From an uncultured bacterium (GTDB lineage Bacteria; Actinomycetota; Acidimicrobiia; Spongiisociales; UBA5794), in NCBI GenBank assembly GCA_965368515.1, contig CBDUNF010000001.1:4265-68264 (forward strand): a stretch of DNA of 64,000 nucleotides, read 5' to 3'. The notes below the pieces were generated by a model that worked only from the letters and a program-made list of their open reading frames with translations, was not told the DNA's origin and searched no databases. Below, piece by piece: positions 9,333 through 18,579 of the stretch. How positions within the stretch are numbered: the first letter of the stretch is position 1; each line of letters opens with the position of its first letter. Both the position numbers and the translations under genes were made by a program.

Positions 9333-10745
9333 GTGACCTCACCCCGCAAGAGACTCGGTGTCCTCGCCCTCGCCCGGCCTACCTTCGACGTTCCGTACGC
9401 AGAAGAGGTTGCCACCGCCGCAATGGAAACGCTGACGGGTCTCGACGCCGATCTGCTGGGCAACTCCGATCTCTTGTTCGACGCTGAGTCGACCGAGAAG
9501 GCGCTGGAGCAGTTCGTCGGTGTCGAACTCGACGCGTTGTTGTTGCTCCAGGTTTCGTTCACCGACTCGTCGATGACCGAAGCCATCGGGGCCCGTTTCG
9601 ATGCCCCCATTGTCATCTGGTCGTTCCCGGAGGCCCGGGTGGGTGGGCGGCTGCGCCTCAACTCGTTCTGTGGTCTCAACCTGGCTGCCTACGCACTGAT
9701 CAAGTCCGGTAGCGACTTCGACTACGTGCACCGCCTTGCGGACGACGCTGGTGCGATCGATGACATCGTCGCCCTGCTCGCTGGTGACATCAAGCAAGAT
9801 GCAAGTCGGCGGCGCCCCCCTCGATCCGCCTCACCAGCCGCGCAACAGACCGCGACCGCGGTTGCAGCGACGCTGGCGACGACGAGGATCGGTGTCATTG
9901 GTGATCGTCCCGTTGGGTTCGACCCCTGTGGCTACGACCAGGAGACATTGGCGGAAGTCACCGGGGTGATGGTCGATCGCAAAGAGCTAGAAGACCTGTT
10001 CGGGAGCGCAGCAGCGACGCCGATCGAAATCGTGTCGGCTACGCGGGAACGTGCGGTCGAGCGACTCGGCAATCTCGACGATCTGGACCAGGAAGCTCTC
10101 GACAAGTCGCTCAGCCTCTACGGGGGACTGAAGACGTTGATCGACGCTGGTGGCTGGTCCGGTGTTGCCACCCGGTGTTGGCCGGAGTGCTTCACCGACT
10201 ACGGAGGCGCCGCATGCTCTCCGCAGAGCATGCTCATCGACGATGGCATCCCCGGAACCTGCGAGGCCGATGTATATGGCAACGTGACCGCCCTGCTGCT
10301 GCAGCACACGGCGGGCGAACCATCGTTCGTTGCCGATCTGGTTGAGATGGACACCGACGGGAAGACCGGAGTTCTCTGGCATTGCGGTCTGGCCCCCATG
10401 CACATGGCACCCGATGACGGGTCTGCGGTTGGGACTATTCACTCCAACCGGAAGCTGCCGCTGCTCAACGAGTTTGCGCTCCGCCCCGGTCGGGTCACGC
10501 TATGCCGTCTGAGCCAGGCGGGTGGGGTTCATTCCCTGGTCATCGGCGGCGGTACGATGCTCGATGAGCCGCTTGCATTCTCTGGCACCGCTGGTGTCGT
10601 CGAATTCGACCGGTCGGCATCCGAAGTCGTGGCAACCATCGCTAGGGAGGGCCTCGAGCATCATTTCGGAATTGTGTACGGCGACTATCGCGAAGAATTA
10701 GAAGCCCTAGCTGCAGGCTGGGGCATCCCCGTTATCGATCTCTAG
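9333..10745 (+). CDS. L-arabinose isomerase / L-fucose isomerase family sugar isomerase
   Basis: Conserved metal-site blocks matching AraA (GTCEADVYGNVTALL ~ GEGDWKTAALL; VADLVEMD...GVLWHCGLAPMHMA ~ MEDYTYHF...GSHMLE); GTG start 5 nt after the Fsa gene stop. Confidence 0.6.
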   Translation: MTSPRKRLGVLALARPTFDVPYAEEVATAAMETLTGLDADLLGNSDLLFDAESTEKALEQFVGVELDALLLLQVSFTDSSMTEAIGARFDAPIVIWSFPEARVGGRLRLNSFCGLNLAAYALIKSGSDFDYVHRLADDAGAIDDIVALLAGDIKQDASRRRPPRSASPAAQQTATAVAATLATTRIGVIGDRPVGFDPCGYDQETLAEVTGVMVDRKELEDLFGSAAATPIEIVSATRERAVERLGNLDDLDQEALDKSLSLYGGLKTLIDAGGWSGVATRCWPECFTDYGGAACSPQSMLIDDGIPGTCEADVYGNVTALLLQHTAGEPSFVADLVEMDTDGKTGVLWHCGLAPMHMAPDDGSAVGTIHSNRKLPLLNEFALRPGRVTLCRLSQAGGVHSLVIGGGTMLDEPLAFSGTAGVVEFDRSASEVVATIAREGLEHHFGIVYGDYREELEALAAGWGIPVIDL

Positions 10746-10758
10746 AAAGGGACGGAGA

Positions 10759-11778
10759 ATGAGCAAAGTAAAGGTCGGCGTCGCCGGCTACGGAGTAATT
10801 GGGAACCGGCTCGCCGCTGGTGTCGCCATGCAAGAGGACATGGAGCTCGTCGGTGTTGCCGATGTCGCCCCGACCCTTCCCGTTCGTGCGCTCAAAGAGC
10901 GCGGGATGCCCTTCAAGTTGTTCACGGCATACGATGGCGCAGAGGTTGCGCTCGAAGAAGCAGGCATCCCGGTGTCCGGTGGCTTCGATGACTTGCTCGG
11001 CGAAGTCGATGTGATGCTCGACGCCGCTCCCGGTGGCATCGGAGCCAAGAACAAAGAGAAGTACGTGGCTGCGGGCGTCAAAGCGGTCTTCCAGGGCGGC
11101 GAGTCCGGAGAGGTGGCCGATGTTTTCTTCCACGGCACCGTCAACTACGAGAAGGGGCTTGGCGTTGACTACTTGAAGCTGACTTCGTGTAACACCACCG
11201 GCCTCATCCGTGCGGTCGATGCGGTGCACAAGGCTGTCGGTGTAAGCAAGACATTCATCACCATCATCCGCCGTGTTGCCGATCCGGGTGACACCCATCG
11301 TGGTCTCACCAACGTCCTGCAGGTGGAGCCAATCCCAAACCATCAGGCCGTTGACCTCGAGAACATCATGGACGGCGTTGCCGCCACTGGTCTTTTGGTC
11401 CACACCCCTGTCACCCACGGTCACATCATCACCATCTCGGCAACGCCGAAGGAGAAGATTTCCGTCGAAGATGCGATCGCCGCCTTCAAGGCGTATCCCC
11501 GCATCAAGGTCGTCAAGATTGCCGAAGGGTTCGACTCGAACTCATCGCTGTTCCAGTGGGCCCGCTACATGGAGTACCCGCGCGGTGACATGTACGAGAT
11601 CGGTCTCTGGGAGGAGATGGTTGGGCTGTCCGGCGACGATGTGGTGTTCGGCATCAACATCCCGCAGGAGTCGGTGACGATTCCCGAGACCATCGACGCC
11701 ATTCGTGCGTCCATGGAAATGCAGGCGACCGGTGTTGAGGCTGTCGCCTTGACCGACAAGTACCTCGGCATCAAGTAG
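10759..11778 (+). CDS. type II (archaeal-type) glyceraldehyde-3-phosphate dehydrogenase-like NAD(P)-dependent dehydrogenase
   Basis: N-terminal GYGVIGNRL Rossmann motif; active-site LTSCNTTGL, characteristic of archaeal type II GAPDH (type I has SCTTNCL); ~340 aa. Confidence 0.7.
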   Translation: MSKVKVGVAGYGVIGNRLAAGVAMQEDMELVGVADVAPTLPVRALKERGMPFKLFTAYDGAEVALEEAGIPVSGGFDDLLGEVDVMLDAAPGGIGAKNKEKYVAAGVKAVFQGGESGEVADVFFHGTVNYEKGLGVDYLKLTSCNTTGLIRAVDAVHKAVGVSKTFITIIRRVADPGDTHRGLTNVLQVEPIPNHQAVDLENIMDGVAATGLLVHTPVTHGHIITISATPKEKISVEDAIAAFKAYPRIKVVKIAEGFDSNSSLFQWARYMEYPRGDMYEIGLWEEMVGLSGDDVVFGINIPQESVTIPETIDAIRASMEMQATGVEAVALTDKYLGIK

Positions 11779-11790
11779 CAGGAGCGACCA

Positions 11791-12864
11791 GTGACTGAAG
11801 AGATTCGCTACGGCGTGATCGGCACCGGGATGATGGGTTTGGAGCACATCAACAATGTGAACGCCATCGAAGGCGCCCACGTCGTGGCTATCTCCGATCC
11901 GGATCCCCAGTCGCGCAAGTTCGGCAAAAACACAGCACGACTCGACGATGACATGGTCTTCACGGATCACAAGGACCTGTTGGCGGCAGGGGTGTGCGAT
12001 GCGGTGGTTCTCGTATCACCCAACCACACCCACGCCGACATCATGGAGGACATACTCGCCACCGACGTTCATGTGTTGGTGGAGAAACCCCTGGGGACCA
12101 CCGTCGACGAGTGTCGCCGCATTCTCAAGGCTGCGGAAGGGCACAGGGGCATCGTGTGGATGGGGCTCGAGTATCGGTACAAGCCGCCGATCCAGGCTCT
12201 GATCGATGAGGTTCGGTCCGGTGCGGTTGGCAACATCAAGATGGTCGCGATCCGCGAGCATCGCTTCCCGTTCCTCCCCAAGGTGGGAGATTGGAACAGG
12301 TTCAACCGGAACACCGGCGGCACATTGGTGGAGAAGTGCTGCCATTTCTTCGACCTGATGACACTCATTGCCGAGTCCAAGCCGACCCGTGTCTACGCGT
12401 CCGGTGGTCAGGATGTGAATCACCTCGAGGAGCGCTACGACGGCGAAGTCCCCGACATCCTCGACAACGCCTATGTGATGGTGGATTTTGCGAACGGCAT
12501 TCGGGCACTGCTGGACATCTGCATGTTCGCTGAGGGTTCCCGCAACGAACAAGAGCTGGCTGTCACCGGGGATATCGGCAAGGCCGAGTCCTTTGTGCCG
12601 GAGGCGATCATTCGGCTGGGCCGTCGCGCCGAACGCTCGTCCATAGAGCATCCGGTGTCTGATGATCACGTTGCGTTTCATGGACTCCATGAAGGCGCCA
12701 GCTATCTCGAGCACCTCGACTTCATCGATGCCATCCGCAATGACACGCCGCCCAAGGTGACGCTAGAAGACGGGCTGATGGCGGTTGCCGTCGGCCAGGC
12801 CGCCCACCTGTCGATCGAGGAGAGCCGGCCGGTGATGCTGGCCGAGGTCCTCGGCGACTCTTAG
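11791..12864 (+). CDS. Gfo/Idh/MocA family oxidoreductase
   Basis: N-terminal IRYGVIGTGMMG NAD(P)-binding motif; EKPL motif; typical length. Confidence 0.85.
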   Translation: MTEEIRYGVIGTGMMGLEHINNVNAIEGAHVVAISDPDPQSRKFGKNTARLDDDMVFTDHKDLLAAGVCDAVVLVSPNHTHADIMEDILATDVHVLVEKPLGTTVDECRRILKAAEGHRGIVWMGLEYRYKPPIQALIDEVRSGAVGNIKMVAIREHRFPFLPKVGDWNRFNRNTGGTLVEKCCHFFDLMTLIAESKPTRVYASGGQDVNHLEERYDGEVPDILDNAYVMVDFANGIRALLDICMFAEGSRNEQELAVTGDIGKAESFVPEAIIRLGRRAERSSIEHPVSDDHVAFHGLHEGASYLEHLDFIDAIRNDTPPKVTLEDGLMAVAVGQAAHLSIEESRPVMLAEVLGDS

Positions 12865-12894
12865 GAACCAAACAAACCGGGAGTGAGGAAACAA

Positions 12895-13179
12895 ATGAAA
12901 CCGGACATCGTCATCCACGACCCCACCGACTCAGTCGGTGTTGCGGTAGTGGAAGGGATCGAGGCAGGCCAGGAATTGGCCGTCTGGATCATGGACACAA
13001 ATGAGAACACATCGATCGTCTCGAAGGACCCGATCCCGCTCGGGCACAAGATCGCCATGGTCGATCTCGCCGAGGGCGATACGTTGATCAAGTACGGATA
13101 TGACATTGGCAAGGTCGTGGCGTCCACCCCTACGGGTCACCATGTCCATGTTCACAATGTCAAGACAAAGAAGTGGTAG
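12895..13179 (+). CDS. SAF-domain protein (UxaA-family dehydratase small/N-terminal subunit)
   Basis: ~94 aa; SAF-like beta-clip sequence; immediately upstream of, and likely coupled to, the UxaA-family large subunit. Confidence 0.7.
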   Translation: MKPDIVIHDPTDSVGVAVVEGIEAGQELAVWIMDTNENTSIVSKDPIPLGHKIAMVDLAEGDTLIKYGYDIGKVVASTPTGHHVHVHNVKTKKW

Positions 13180-13189
13180 GGGGTCGACG

Positions 13190-14353
13190 ATGACAGCAAC
13201 AATCAAGGCATACCGGCGCGAGAACGGTCGCGTCGGTATTCGCAACCATGTGATCATCCTGCCGGTCGATGACATCTCGAACGCATGCGTGGAGAAGGTC
13301 GCCAACAACATCTGTGGCACCCTCGCATTGCCGCACGCCTACGGTCGCCTCCAATTCGGCGCCGACCTCGAGCTCACCTTTGACACGCTCATCGGTACTG
13401 GCGCCAACCCGAACGTTGCCGCCGCCATCGTCATCGGCATCGAGCCAAAGTGGACCCAGCGCGTCGTCGACGGCATCGCAGCCACTGGCAAGCCCGTCGC
13501 CGGGTTCTCCATCGAGGAACACGGCGATCTCGAGATCGCTGCCGTTGCCGGACGCAAGGCTCAGGAGTTCGTGCAATGGGCGACTGAGTTGCAGCGCGAA
13601 GACGTTCCGCTGAGCGACCTGTGGATCGCCACCAAGTGCGGAGAATCCGACACGACCTCCGGTCTGGCCTCCAACCCGACGGTCGGGAACATGTTCGACA
13701 AGCTCGAACCCCAGGGCAACTATCTGTGCTTTGGCGAGACTTCCGAGTTGACGGGTGCCGAGATGGTCTGCGCCGACCGGGCCGCCACGCCTGAGGTGCG
13801 GCAGAAGTTCCTCGACACGTGGAACCGCTACAACGACATGATCAATCTCCACAAGACGAGTGATCTGTCCGATAGCCAGCCGACGGCAGGCAATATCGCC
13901 GGCGGTCTCACCACCATCGAAGAGAAGGCCTTCGGCAACTTCCAGAAGATCGGCAAGGAGTGCAAGTACATCGACGTTCTCGAGCCGGCGCAAGCGCCGA
14001 CCAAGGGTCCGGGTCTGTACTTCATGGATACATCGTCGGCGGCTGCCGAGTGCAACACGCTTCAGGCCGCAGCCGGTTTTGCGTTGCACATTTTTACCAC
14101 CGGTCAGGGCAACATCATCGGTCATCCGATCATGCCTGTGGTCAAGGTGACGGCCAACCCGAAGACCGCCCGCCTGATGGCCGACCATGTCGATCTCGAC
14201 GTATCCGGTCTGCTCAGCGGTGAAATGGTCCTGGACGAAGCCGGTGATCAGCTCATCGACATGGTGATCCGCACCGCCAACGGTCGGAACACCGCAGCCG
14301 AAACCCTCGGCCATCGTGAGTTCATCTTCACGAAGCTGTATCAGTCGGCCTAA
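13190..14353 (+). CDS. UxaA family hydrolase (altronate/galactarate dehydratase large subunit-like)
   Basis: Sequence typical of the D-galactarate dehydratase/altronate hydrolase C-terminal domain ([17 protein letters not shown]); split arrangement with the preceding SAF gene. Confidence 0.8.
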   Translation: MTATIKAYRRENGRVGIRNHVIILPVDDISNACVEKVANNICGTLALPHAYGRLQFGADLELTFDTLIGTGANPNVAAAIVIGIEPKWTQRVVDGIAATGKPVAGFSIEEHGDLEIAAVAGRKAQEFVQWATELQREDVPLSDLWIATKCGESDTTSGLASNPTVGNMFDKLEPQGNYLCFGETSELTGAEMVCADRAATPEVRQKFLDTWNRYNDMINLHKTSDLSDSQPTAGNIAGGLTTIEEKAFGNFQKIGKECKYIDVLEPAQAPTKGPGLYFMDTSSAAAECNTLQAAAGFALHIFTTGQGNIIGHPIMPVVKVTANPKTARLMADHVDLDVSGLLSGEMVLDEAGDQLIDMVIRTANGRNTAAETLGHREFIFTKLYQSA

Positions 14354-14390
14354 GACAACAAGGAGCGTCCCTCCCCGGCCTTTCGGGCGG

Positions 14391-14416
14391 CTCCCCCTCC
14401 CGAACGGGAGGGGGAG
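14391..14416. terminator. strong GC hairpin (11-bp perfect stem), probable operon terminator
   Basis: CTCCCCCTCCC-GAAC-GGGAGGGGGAG directly after the UxaA gene stop; flanked by further CTCCCC/GGGGAG repeats; no U-tract. Confidence 0.35.
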
Positions 14417-14522
14417 TTACCTCTCCCCACTGGGGACGTGCCGTGCGAAGCAGAGGCGGGGAGGGGGCTGATGAGATCAGCTGCAAGGTCGATTACATCG
14501 AACTCCATGGACAAGGAACATC

Positions 14523-15518
14523 ATGATCCGCACCGCGACGGAATTGGAACAACTCGCAACCAAGGTCTTGGTGAAGGCAGGTACCGCCGAACCGGCGGCT
14601 CGCTCGACGGCGAAGGCACTTGTTCGCGCCAATCGTGACGGACTCAGCTCGCACGGGCTAGCCCGGCTCAAGGCTTACTCGGCGCAGGTCGCGGCCGGCA
14701 AGGTTGCCGGGGCAGCGGTCCCTGAGCTGGAGAAGCTTGGCCCCTCGGCCGCTCGTATCGATGCCAAAGAGGGCTTTGCTTTCCCTGCGTTTGATATGGC
14801 GATCGAGGCTCTGGTCGAGATGACGTCGGAGACACCGGTCGCCGGGATCTCGGTTACCAATTCTCATCACTTCGGTGTCGCCGGTCACCATGTCGAACGC
14901 CTTGCCAAGCACGGGGTCGTTGGCCTTGTCTTTGGTAACTCACCCTCCGCTATTGCACCGTGGGGTGGCTCCCGACCTTTGTTTGGAACCAACCCGATTG
15001 CGTTCGGGTTTCCCCGTGCCGATACCGATCCGGTCGTGGTGGATCTGTCCCTTTCCAAGCAGGCTCGGGGCAAGGTGATGCTCGCTGCTCAGGAGGGCCG
15101 CGACATACCTGAAGGTTGGGCGATCGACTCCGATGGCAACGCGACGACGGATCCCAAGGCGGCTCTCGGCGGTTCGATGTTGCCTCTTGGCGACGCCAAG
15201 GGAGCGGCGTTGGTGTTGGCGGTCGAGATCATGGCTGCCGCGATGACGGGTGCCCACTTCGGATACGAGGCGAGCTCGTTCTTCGACGACAAGGGTGGCC
15301 CGCCCCGGGTCGGCCAATTCATTCTCGGCTTCAATCCAGGTCCGCTGAGCGGTGGTAGCTACGCCGAACGACTCGAAGTGTTGCTGTCCGCCGTCACGGA
15401 CCAGCCGGGGACCCGGCTGCCCGGAGCTCGCCGTGTCCGCGTGCGTATCGAGTCGGCGGCAAACGGGATCGAGATTCCCGATGATCTGTTCCATTGGATG
15501 GAGAGTGCGGTCGGGTAG
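14523..15518 (+). CDS. Ldh family oxidoreductase (malate/L-lactate dehydrogenase family 2)
   Basis: Ldh_2 family conserved blocks (SHGLARL, NSHHFG, GTNPIAFGFP, KGAALVLAVE). Confidence 0.8.
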   Translation: MIRTATELEQLATKVLVKAGTAEPAARSTAKALVRANRDGLSSHGLARLKAYSAQVAAGKVAGAAVPELEKLGPSAARIDAKEGFAFPAFDMAIEALVEMTSETPVAGISVTNSHHFGVAGHHVERLAKHGVVGLVFGNSPSAIAPWGGSRPLFGTNPIAFGFPRADTDPVVVDLSLSKQARGKVMLAAQEGRDIPEGWAIDSDGNATTDPKAALGGSMLPLGDAKGAALVLAVEIMAAAMTGAHFGYEASSFFDDKGGPPRVGQFILGFNPGPLSGGSYAERLEVLLSAVTDQPGTRLPGARRVRVRIESAANGIEIPDDLFHWMESAVG

Positions 15519-15533
15519 CAGCAGACTCCCCAC

Positions 15534-16217
15534 TCAGTTCGTGCCGCGGCGAAGTTCAGGCGTCTGTACCAATAGGTTGAGCCCCGCGGCGATCGCGAGT
15601 CCGATAAATGCGCCGGCGATCACATCAAGCGGATTATGGGCGCCGAGGTAGATGCGGGCCAGGCCGTTGAGCGCAGCTAGCGAGTAAACGATCGCCATGC
15701 CCCGGCGGCCGACATATGGGGCCAGGAGCCCCGCAAGGACAAACGCAAAGATGGCGTGGCCGGACGGGAAGCCGAGCGGTGAGCTGTTGATCTCTCGGAT
15801 TACCGCATCGGGGACCGAAAGGAAGGGCCGCTCTCGTTCAATGAGAGCCTTGACCAGCCACCACTCGATAGCGAACTTGAGCGGAATCGCCAGGCCCAGG
15901 GCAATGCCGAGACGGTACCTGCGGATCGCCAGCGCGGCCAGAGCAGCGAGAGCGACAAAAGCAAGCGAGCCAAAGATCTGGAAAACCCACATCGGAGTCC
16001 TCAAGACGTTCGGCAAGCCGTTCACGGCATCGAACGCGGTCCTCTCGATATCGCTGACGTCGCCGTCGCGGACCACCCACATGCAGACGGCGAGTCCGAG
16101 AATCCCAACGGCCGCCACGGCGTAGTAGCGCCGTCTGTTGCGGGCAAACTGCACGGGTGCGCCCGACCGCAGGTGGGTGAGTGCCATTCCGCGGTGCGGA
16201 GCGTTCATTCTGGACAT
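15534..16217 (-). CDS. PAP2 family phosphatase (phosphatidic acid phosphatase type 2 / undecaprenyl-PP phosphatase-like)
   Basis: PSGH and SRxxxxxHxxxD-type motifs (FPSGHAIFAF...ARIYLGAHNPLDV); membrane protein; GAGGAGGG RBS upstream of the chosen ATG. Confidence 0.75.
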   Translation of the reverse strand: MSRMNAPHRGMALTHLRSGAPVQFARNRRRYYAVAAVGILGLAVCMWVVRDGDVSDIERTAFDAVNGLPNVLRTPMWVFQIFGSLAFVALAALAALAIRRYRLGIALGLAIPLKFAIEWWLVKALIERERPFLSVPDAVIREINSSPLGFPSGHAIFAFVLAGLLAPYVGRRGMAIVYSLAALNGLARIYLGAHNPLDVIAGAFIGLAIAAGLNLLVQTPELRRGTN

Positions 16218-16527
16218 CCGCCCTCCTCGCAGTGGCAGGGTCACCCGTCCAGCGTAGATCAACCGAGTGGGGCGTTAGCGGACGGCTTAGGGGCCCTGGT
16301 CGCTACTCGTCAGATTGGGCTTGCCGGGTGAAGTAGTGGAATGGATACCAGGTGAGCACGTAGGTCCAGCCGTCGGCCTCGTACCGCTTGATGACCGGCG
16401 CCGCCTGCAGCGCGGTCACGCTGATGTTCTCGTGGGGGACTCCGCGAGGCGAGAAGTACAGCTTGTGGGGTCGTCAAGATGTCCTTGACATGGATGATCC
16501 ACCTCGGCGGCTTGCGGCGCTCGGACC

Positions 16528-17241
16528 TCAGGTAACCAACAGCACGAGCGCACCGGTTATGAGAAGGGTGGTTGTGATGCGATCGAACATGTCGCGGTCG
16601 AGCCTGCCGACCACGGCTCGCCCGATGATGACTCCGACCGGGATCGCAAGCCAGGCGTACCAGGTTGATGCGATCAGATCACCGTCGAACAGGCCCGCCA
16701 GGAAATAGGCCGGCACCTTCAGCATGTTGGTGACCGTGAACAGGGCGGCAGAGGTCGCAACGAATTTCCGGGGAGGTAGGTCGGTTGTCAACAGGTAGGC
16801 GAGCACCGGCGGCCCGCCGAGGTGGGCAACGGCGGAGCTAACGCCTGCGACGAACCCGGCCGGCCAGGCTCGCGTCATTGCGAGATGCGCGGCCACCCGG
16901 GTCTTGGTGATGAGGTAATACGCCGCAAAGATCAACATCGCAATGGCGATGAGGTTGCGCAACGCCGGCTCGCTGATGTTGCCGAGAATGGTGCTGCCCA
17001 GGGCGATCCCCACGACGCTGGCCGCCAGCAGCCGAAGCACGATCGGCGTGACCCACTGTCGCCAGTGAGCGGTGATGGTGAACCAATCGGCGACAATCAG
17101 CATGGGCAGCAACAGCCCGATCGCATCGTCTGCCGGCAAAGACAGCGCAACCAGCACCGTGACAAACGGTGACAGCGTCCCTCCGACGCCAGCCTTGCTG
17201 AAGCCGATCAGAAACGCAGCGATGGCGGTGACTATGAGCAC
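16528..17241 (-). CDS. sulfite exporter TauE/SafE family membrane protein
   Basis: 237 aa; two-fold repeated 4-TM architecture with Gly-rich motifs typical of TauE/SafE. Confidence 0.8.
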   Translation of the reverse strand: MLIVTAIAAFLIGFSKAGVGGTLSPFVTVLVALSLPADDAIGLLLPMLIVADWFTITAHWRQWVTPIVLRLLAASVVGIALGSTILGNISEPALRNLIAIAMLIFAAYYLITKTRVAAHLAMTRAWPAGFVAGVSSAVAHLGGPPVLAYLLTTDLPPRKFVATSAALFTVTNMLKVPAYFLAGLFDGDLIASTWYAWLAIPVGVIIGRAVVGRLDRDMFDRITTTLLITGALVLLVT

Positions 17242-17262
17242 CGCGGCACCCTACACCCCGAT

Positions 17263-17311
17263 GCTTCTTGCGTATCTGGTGTCCATATGTGGACGTGGTG
17301 TCCGCCAGAAC
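17263..17311. repeat. 49-bp repeat, copy A (37 nt identical to copy B at 33783-33831); contains hairpin GTCCA-TATG-TGGAC
   Basis: Direct comparison of the two intergenic sequences. Confidence 0.6.
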
Positions 17312-17331
17312 TGAGAAACCCGGGAGCTCGA

Positions 17332-17898
17332 CTACCCGGGCTCGTTGCCCGGCTTCCACTTGATGCCGCAGCCCATCGACGGGTATTGATCTGACGGCTG
17401 CGCAGAGTCGGCGAGCACGGCATCGACGGCGGCTCGCAGGTCGGCACCGGTGACCGGAACGCCGGAGTTGGGACGTGACTCGTCGAACCGTCCGCGGTAG
17501 ACGAGGCTGCGATCGGGACCGAACAGGAAGAAGTCCGGCGTGCATGCGGCGGTGTATGCCTTGGCGACATCCTGCGACGCGTCATAGAGAACGGGGAAGG
17601 TGTAGCCGACCTCTCTCGAAACGAGGCCGAGTTGCTCGGGGCCGTCGTCGGGGTACTGATCGGCGTTGTTGGAGCTAATGGCAATGATGTCGACGTCGCG
17701 GTCGGAATAGTCGCGCCCGAATTCGGCGAGGCCTGCCTGCACATGCTTTACGTATGGGCAGTGGTTGCAGATGAACATCACGACCAGCCCTTTGGCTGAC
17801 AGGTCCCCCAAGGCGACCCGGCCCCCACCCACTGTGTCGGGCAGATCGAAATCGGGGGCGGTAGTTCCCAGGGACAACATGGTGGACTCGACGGCCAT
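17332..17898 (-). CDS. thioredoxin family protein (CxxC; TlpA/peroxiredoxin-like)
   Basis: APDFDLPD...ICNHCPYV CxxC motif; thioredoxin-fold sequence. Confidence 0.75.
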   Translation of the reverse strand: MAVESTMLSLGTTAPDFDLPDTVGGGRVALGDLSAKGLVVMFICNHCPYVKHVQAGLAEFGRDYSDRDVDIIAISSNNADQYPDDGPEQLGLVSREVGYTFPVLYDASQDVAKAYTAACTPDFFLFGPDRSLVYRGRFDESRPNSGVPVTGADLRAAVDAVLADSAQPSDQYPSMGCGIKWKPGNEPG

Positions 17899-17975
17899 TT
17901 TGGGCTCCTCTTTGGTGCGTGTCTGCAGACTAGGTGCTGAGATGCCCTGGCTAGAACGCGCTGACCAGCAGACTC

Positions 17976-18506
17976 CTACTGAAGAATGGTGGTTGGGAAG
18001 CGGTAGACGTCAACGGGGGTCCGCGGTCCGATGCCGCCTTGCTGACGTGCCAGAGCGATCATCTCGTCAGCGGTGTCAGCGGTTCCGGGCAGCACCAAGC
18101 TGGATCGTCCGCCAGGCTTCTGGAGAAGAACCCCGTGTCTTGCCGGGTCGATCTCAGAAGGATCCTGCACCTCATCCGGTTCTCCGAGCAGATAGATGAC
18201 GATGTGCAACCGATCCACCCTGGTGTCCCTCAGTGCCTTGAGGCTCGGATCGGATATCGCCGCAAGGACGGCGGCATGTGCGATCTCGCTTCGCAAGTTC
18301 TGTCGGGTGGAGGTGACTGAGCCGATCCGCCCGCGCAGCCGTCCCTCGCGGTTGCTCCGGCGGGGCGGGTCGTACACGGCGACGAAGACGCCGGATGGAG
18401 GCGGGTCGTTCCTCTCTGCATCTAGCTCGAGGATTTGCCCGGTATCCAGGTAGTGATGGATGGCCTTCCGAGCCACCCCAATGTATGGGTGCGCACCTTC
18501 ATCCAC
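17976..18506 (-). CDS. AMMECR1 domain-containing protein (putative)
   Basis: GVFVAVYD...GRLRGRIGS and DPSLKAL blocks resembling AMMECR1 (LRGCIG, DPRFPPL); the Cys of the canonical motif is replaced. Confidence 0.5.
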   Translation of the reverse strand: MDEGAHPYIGVARKAIHHYLDTGQILELDAERNDPPPSGVFVAVYDPPRRSNREGRLRGRIGSVTSTRQNLRSEIAHAAVLAAISDPSLKALRDTRVDRLHIVIYLLGEPDEVQDPSEIDPARHGVLLQKPGGRSSLVLPGTADTADEMIALARQQGGIGPRTPVDVYRFPTTILQ

Positions 18507-18579
18507 GCCGCCACCATATTGCAGCGAGGAAGCGGTGTGAAGTGCCGGTCAGCCGGTACTGAGAGTCAGATGGCCATAG

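Noticed and set aside
17072-17314. Plus-strand ORFs 17072-17314 and 33607-33837 that share the peptide LLAYLVSICGRGVRQN
   Set aside because: The shared peptide is simply the translation of the 49-bp DNA repeat. Both ORFs otherwise overlap real genes out of frame, so this is a repeat and not a duplicated small protein.
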